In this document: piece after piece, positions 60,282-64,000 of the stretch
Layout of the letters: each line of letters starts with the position of its first letter
Position numbering within the stretch: position 1 is the first letter of the stretch
Assembly: GCA_963781885.1 (NCBI GenBank)
Contig: CAWAHW010000002.1
Location: 1,472,001-1,536,000, forward strand
DNA: 64,000 nt
Reading direction: 5' to 3'
DNA from: an uncultured Spirochaetota bacterium
Lineage (GTDB): Bacteria; Spirochaetota; Spirochaetia; SZUA-6; Fen-1364
Program-made: the position numbers and the translations under genes
Notes under the pieces: model-generated
What the model was told of the DNA's origin: nothing
What the model saw: the letters and a program-made list of their open reading frames with translations, nothing else
Databases searched by the model: none

Positions 60282-61314
60282 GTGTCGTGATGGCTCCCTG
60301 CGGTATCCGGACAATTGTCGCCCCCAATGAATATCCGACGCCGAAGCCAACGAGCATGAGGATCTGTCCCGGATGGAGTGCATCTTTCGTCGCGAGATCC
60401 TGGAGGGCGATTGGAATTGTCGAAGAAACGGTGTTTCCGCAGCTTTCGAGCTTTATGACGAATTTCTCCTCGGGTATTCCGATCTTTTTTCTCAGACTCT
60501 CCAGCATGAAACTGTTTGCCTGGTGAAAAACGAAGTAGCTGATATCTTCCATTCTCAATTGAGCTCTTTCAAGAGTCATCGACACAAGTCCGGGAATAGA
60601 GTCAAGGGTGAAGCTGAACAATTCCGGTCCGTCCATGAAGAGGTTTTCCTGTGAACGTACATTGCCTCGGTTGTCGGTATTCGCCTCTTTGGTGGAGGCG
60701 CTTGGGCGCTGTCGCATCCCTCCGGAATGCACAATGAGCTTGTCCGCTCCCCGTCCGTCCGTCCCATACACAAACGGACCGATCGATTCCGGTTCCTTGT
60801 CGGAATACTGGACAAAGGTGGCGGCGGCGGCGTCTCCGAAAAGCGTCCTGACGCTCTTGTCTCCCGGGTGAATGAACTTGCTGTAGGTTTCCGCCGTTAC
60901 GAGAAGGACATTCCGGGCCTGACCGGTCTCGATAAGGCCTTTTGCCAACCCTAAGCCATAGATGTACCCGGAGCACCCCAAATTGAAATCAAGAGCGCCG
61001 CAAGAGGTCTTCAGACCAAGGCGATTCTGCATGACGCACGCCAACGTCGGAAGAAAATAGTCCGGAGATTGAGTACAGAACAGGAGAAAATCGATTTCCT
61101 CCGGTCGACAGGCTCCGGTCTGGAAAACTCTCTGACATGCGCTCACGCCCATGTCAGATGAGCATTCGTCAACTTCTGCTATATGGCGACTATTGATTCC
61201 CGTTTTTGCTGATATCTTTGAAACAGCCCACTCCGGAAATTCTTTCGCAAGCTGCTCGTTTGTAAGCTCTTTCATCGGGAAGTAGTGCGCTATTGCCCTG
61301 ATAATTGCCCCCAT
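60274..61314 (-). CDS. 3-oxoacyl-ACP synthase III (FabH-like)
   Basis: TQSPDY..P, D.NLGCSGY (catalytic Cys), LFGDAA, MDG, HQAN, GNTVSSTIP, GFGVG. Confidence 0.92.
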   Translation of the reverse strand: MGAIIRAIAHYFPMKELTNEQLAKEFPEWAVSKISAKTGINSRHIAEVDECSSDMGVSACQRVFQTGACRPEEIDFLLFCTQSPDYFLPTLACVMQNRLGLKTSCGALDFNLGCSGYIYGLGLAKGLIETGQARNVLLVTAETYSKFIHPGDKSVRTLFGDAAAATFVQYSDKEPESIGPFVYGTDGRGADKLIVHSGGMRQRPSASTKEANTDNRGNVRSQENLFMDGPELFSFTLDSIPGLVSMTLERAQLRMEDISYFVFHQANSFMLESLRKKIGIPEEKFVIKLESCGNTVSSTIPIALQDLATKDALHPGQILMLVGFGVGYSLGATIVRIPQGAITTHA

Positions 61315-61335
61315 TATTCCCTTCTTTCTCACCGG

Positions 61336-62337
61336 CTATCTTGCCGAATAGCCCCCGTCAACTACCATCGTCGTGCCGGTAATCCATTTCGCGCCATCGC
61401 TCAGGAGAAAAGCAGCCGCGTGAGCGACATCGCTGGCGTGTCCGAGCCCAAGCGGATGGGCGTCGACAATCCGCTGGAATTGCTCCAACGTCATGGACGC
61501 CTTGATTCGCTCGGTCATGTCTGTTTCGACATACGCGGGGGCAATACTGTTGACCCGCAGCCCCTCCCGGGCAAGCTCGAGGGCCGCGGCTTTCGTCATC
61601 GCGATGATTGCCCCTTTGCTTGCGCAATAGACGGTAAGAGCAGGCATTCCGACGAGTCCCATGATGGACGCGATAATAACAATCGCGCCGTGCTCCGCGT
61701 GCGCACCCTTGTTTCGAAAGCCTTTCATCAGCCCCAGCCCGGCTTCGACATTTATCGCCATTGATTCCGCGAAATGCCGGTGTTCAACAGTTTTCATGGG
61801 AATCGACAATTGAAGCCCTGCGCAGTGCACGATTCCGTGCAAAGGACCATGCGCATGGCCGACCTCTTTGACCCAGTCGGACACCGTCTCCATGCTCCCA
61901 AGGGAAAATGGAAGCAGGATATGCCCGTCACCCTGCATATCCTGACGCGTCCGTGCCAGTTCATTTTCATTTCTGCCGCTTAGAAAAACTGTCGCGCCGC
62001 ATTCGGACAGAAGTTTTGCGACACCTCTCCCAATGCCGCCCGACGCTCCGGTCACCAGGTATTTCTTCTTTTCGAGCGCAGCGTACATTCTGTTGCCTCC
62101 GGCTGATTTTCCTGCCGAGCCGAGAGAAAGAGTTATTAGTTCGCCGATCGTCCGACAGCCCGTGATGTCTTTGGGGCTGGGCGCCTTTCCGAGCTCAGTG
62201 TCGATAATGCCAATAAACGACATTATTGCCAAGGAATCCCATCCCGGCAACACGTTCAAGAGCTGTTCCTCACGCAGCGAGCCCGGATCCAGCTCGACCA
62301 GGTATTCGATTTTCGACAGCACGTCTTTGCGTTCCAT
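61336..62337 (-). CDS. Acyl carrier protein fused in frame to a FabG-like SDR reductase (second start likely at 62088)
   Basis: WDSL phosphopantetheine motif; then TGASGGIG, YCASKGA, RVNSIAP, VDGG. Internal GGAGG-7nt-ATG at 62088. Confidence 0.85.
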   Translation of the reverse strand: MERKDVLSKIEYLVELDPGSLREEQLLNVLPGWDSLAIMSFIGIIDTELGKAPSPKDITGCRTIGELITLSLGSAGKSAGGNRMYAALEKKKYLVTGASGGIGRGVAKLLSECGATVFLSGRNENELARTRQDMQGDGHILLPFSLGSMETVSDWVKEVGHAHGPLHGIVHCAGLQLSIPMKTVEHRHFAESMAINVEAGLGLMKGFRNKGAHAEHGAIVIIASIMGLVGMPALTVYCASKGAIIAMTKAAALELAREGLRVNSIAPAYVETDMTERIKASMTLEQFQRIVDAHPLGLGHASDVAHAAAFLLSDGAKWITGTTMVVDGGYSAR

Positions 62338-62400
62338 TGTGACCCTTTCCCACGCGCCAAGGAGTTCTTCCCGCCACGTGATAATGTGAAATGACGTTTC

Positions 62401-63768
62401 CTAAAGGCGGGGCGCGAGCACCACTGCTTCCGATCCCTTCATTTCATCGCTTTGATTCTTCCGTAATCGCGCGATGAAAAACATCAACATGATGACGGTC
62501 CAGAAAACTATCTCGTATCGTCGCGCCGTTATTATCGGCCCTCCTGTTCCGACAAGCACGACATAGGAAGCCATGATCAGCATCAGTCTTCCTTCGTCCC
62601 ATCCGCGCTTCATTTCCTGATATCCGACCGAACCCAGCACATAAAGAAGGCTCGCGTAGAGAGCGAGCGCGATCACCCCTCCTTGCGCAAAATACTGCAG
62701 ATAGGCGTTGTCGAGAACGAGAATGGAGCCGAAACCAAACCCGGCGATCGGAGATCGGTCCCAAACATCGGCGAAGTAGCCCATGACAGAGCTCCCGCCC
62801 GAGCTGAATCTCGTTCCCGTGATTGTCGAGAGAAGATTCACGGAAGATCCGTTGAGAAGACCGACGAGGAAACTGAGTCCAATCCATTTATCAAGGACAA
62901 GAATTGCCACGCCAACGCATCCGAAGAGGAGCAGCAGAAACCTGAATCGCAGGAAAATCTTCAATCTTCCCTGCAAAGCCGCATACAAAAGGAACAATGG
63001 AATGCCGCCGATGATAAACGCTTTCGAAATCGAAAGCAGCCCGCCGATGAACAGCAGCAACAGCATGCCATACTCGATGAATCCGATTGTCCTCTTCTCT
63101 TTCCTGAGGTAGAGCCACAAAAAAGCACCGAGTGAATACGAGATACCGCTTCCAAAAGGCTCGCTGAATATGCCCGTCAGCCTTCCGCCTAGATTGGATT
63201 GCAGCCAGACATTCGGATTATTGATATCTGTAATGCCGACAAAGTATTGAAGCAGCGGCACCATATTCTTGAAAATGGAAAGAAAACTGATCAAGGTATT
63301 GATGCAGAGAAGGGCTACATACACCCTCGAGACGAGCACAAGGATGTGCACGGCTTCATCGACTTTCTGCACGCGCAGAAATGTGCCGATGACGATCGCG
63401 ACAGCAAGTGGCTGAAAGTATCCTTCAAAGTAGGACAGGACTTTCGGGCTCACGGAATATCCGCCGACGTTCATCTCGGTGCTGATACTCGTCCAGATGA
63501 TGAAGCCGAGGAACAAGAGCATCACGCTTATTGCGGGGCGAAATGAAAGAGCGAATCCCTTCTGGAGAAGAAGCGACAAGACAGCCCATGCAAAGAGGGC
63601 GTAAATAACGATGTGCTCGACGCGGATTCCGAGTCGCGGTTCGACATATGGCCCGAAAGAGATAATTACCAGGAGAACAGGCAATACAGCGGCATTTTTG
63701 CCATTCCAACTCACTCTCATGTCCATCACCTGGTATTTGCCGCCATTCTTCACATATTGCACACACAC
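62401..63768 (-). CDS. Wzy/O-antigen-ligase-like polytopic membrane protein
   Basis: About 10 TM segments; RLTGIFSEP, SPIAGFG, DN.YL....GG; start uncertain. Confidence 0.75.
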   Translation of the reverse strand: MCVQYVKNGGKYQVMDMRVSWNGKNAAVLPVLLVIISFGPYVEPRLGIRVEHIVIYALFAWAVLSLLLQKGFALSFRPAISVMLLFLGFIIWTSISTEMNVGGYSVSPKVLSYFEGYFQPLAVAIVIGTFLRVQKVDEAVHILVLVSRVYVALLCINTLISFLSIFKNMVPLLQYFVGITDINNPNVWLQSNLGGRLTGIFSEPFGSGISYSLGAFLWLYLRKEKRTIGFIEYGMLLLLFIGGLLSISKAFIIGGIPLFLLYAALQGRLKIFLRFRFLLLLFGCVGVAILVLDKWIGLSFLVGLLNGSSVNLLSTITGTRFSSGGSSVMGYFADVWDRSPIAGFGFGSILVLDNAYLQYFAQGGVIALALYASLLYVLGSVGYQEMKRGWDEGRLMLIMASYVVLVGTGGPIITARRYEIVFWTVIMLMFFIARLRKNQSDEMKGSEAVVLAPRL

Positions 63769-63778
63769 ATGGCGGTTT

Positions 63779-64000
63779 TCAGCGCTTTTTTTTACCGGTG
63801 AGAATCATCTGTTCATAGAGACGCTCTACTGACTCCATCTGCTTCCGCCAATTGTTTCTCTCCTGGATTGTTTCGCGACCTTTCAACGCATATTGACGCG
63901 CAATGTCCGGATGCTGAATCAGAAAAAGAACCTTCTCCGCCAAAGCGTGATGGTCTTTCATGGGGAAAAGAAATCCATTCACCCCATCCTCTATCCAATC
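63779..64000 (-). CDS. GT4-type glycosyltransferase, C-terminal part (start outside window)
   Basis: NGFLFP..D..ALAE....L...P......GR......W......E.LY. Confidence 0.8.
   Translation of the reverse strand, partial: DWIEDGVNGFLFPMKDHHALAEKVLFLIQHPDIARQYALKGRETIQERNNWRKQMESVERLYEQMILTGKKKR

Overview
GC-rich bacterial chromosomal window, most likely from a Spirochaetia member (tamB-bamA, tandem lepB, PlzA-like PilZ protein); the taxonomy is inferred from gene content. 1-19.6 kb is mostly housekeeping: bamA (partial), tamB, tonB-like, tmk, queA, ruvBAC, yebC, hemW, two lepB, an FGE-domain gene, smpB and tmRNA. An IS110/IS1111-type element interrupts it at ~12.4-13.9 kb; its ends, 3-bp core, hairpin target and 3' bridge/seek RNA guide loops can be read from the sequence. 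19.8-45.6 kb is accessory/metabolic: a giant secreted ankyrin protein, two small DxVxLS+HTH paralogs, MFS/MarR/ABC efflux, a double cupredoxin, a hybrid histidine kinase, an ALDH-SCP2-ADH operon, and a membrane-anchored PIMT next to a spermidine-synthase-like membrane protein. 45.6-54.5 kb is a dense type II toxin-antitoxin array of mostly leaderless modules, interspersed with ~30-50 bp scrambled fragments of a resident vapC, plus a caspase-like gene and an IS256 remnant. 54.7-64 kb is an AT-richer Wzx/Wzy polysaccharide locus with ACP/FabG/FabH acylation genes. Several single-base frameshifts, often in homopolymers and in normally conserved genes, are probably long-read consensus errors. All calls come from reading the sequence and recognising motifs; no database searches were run.
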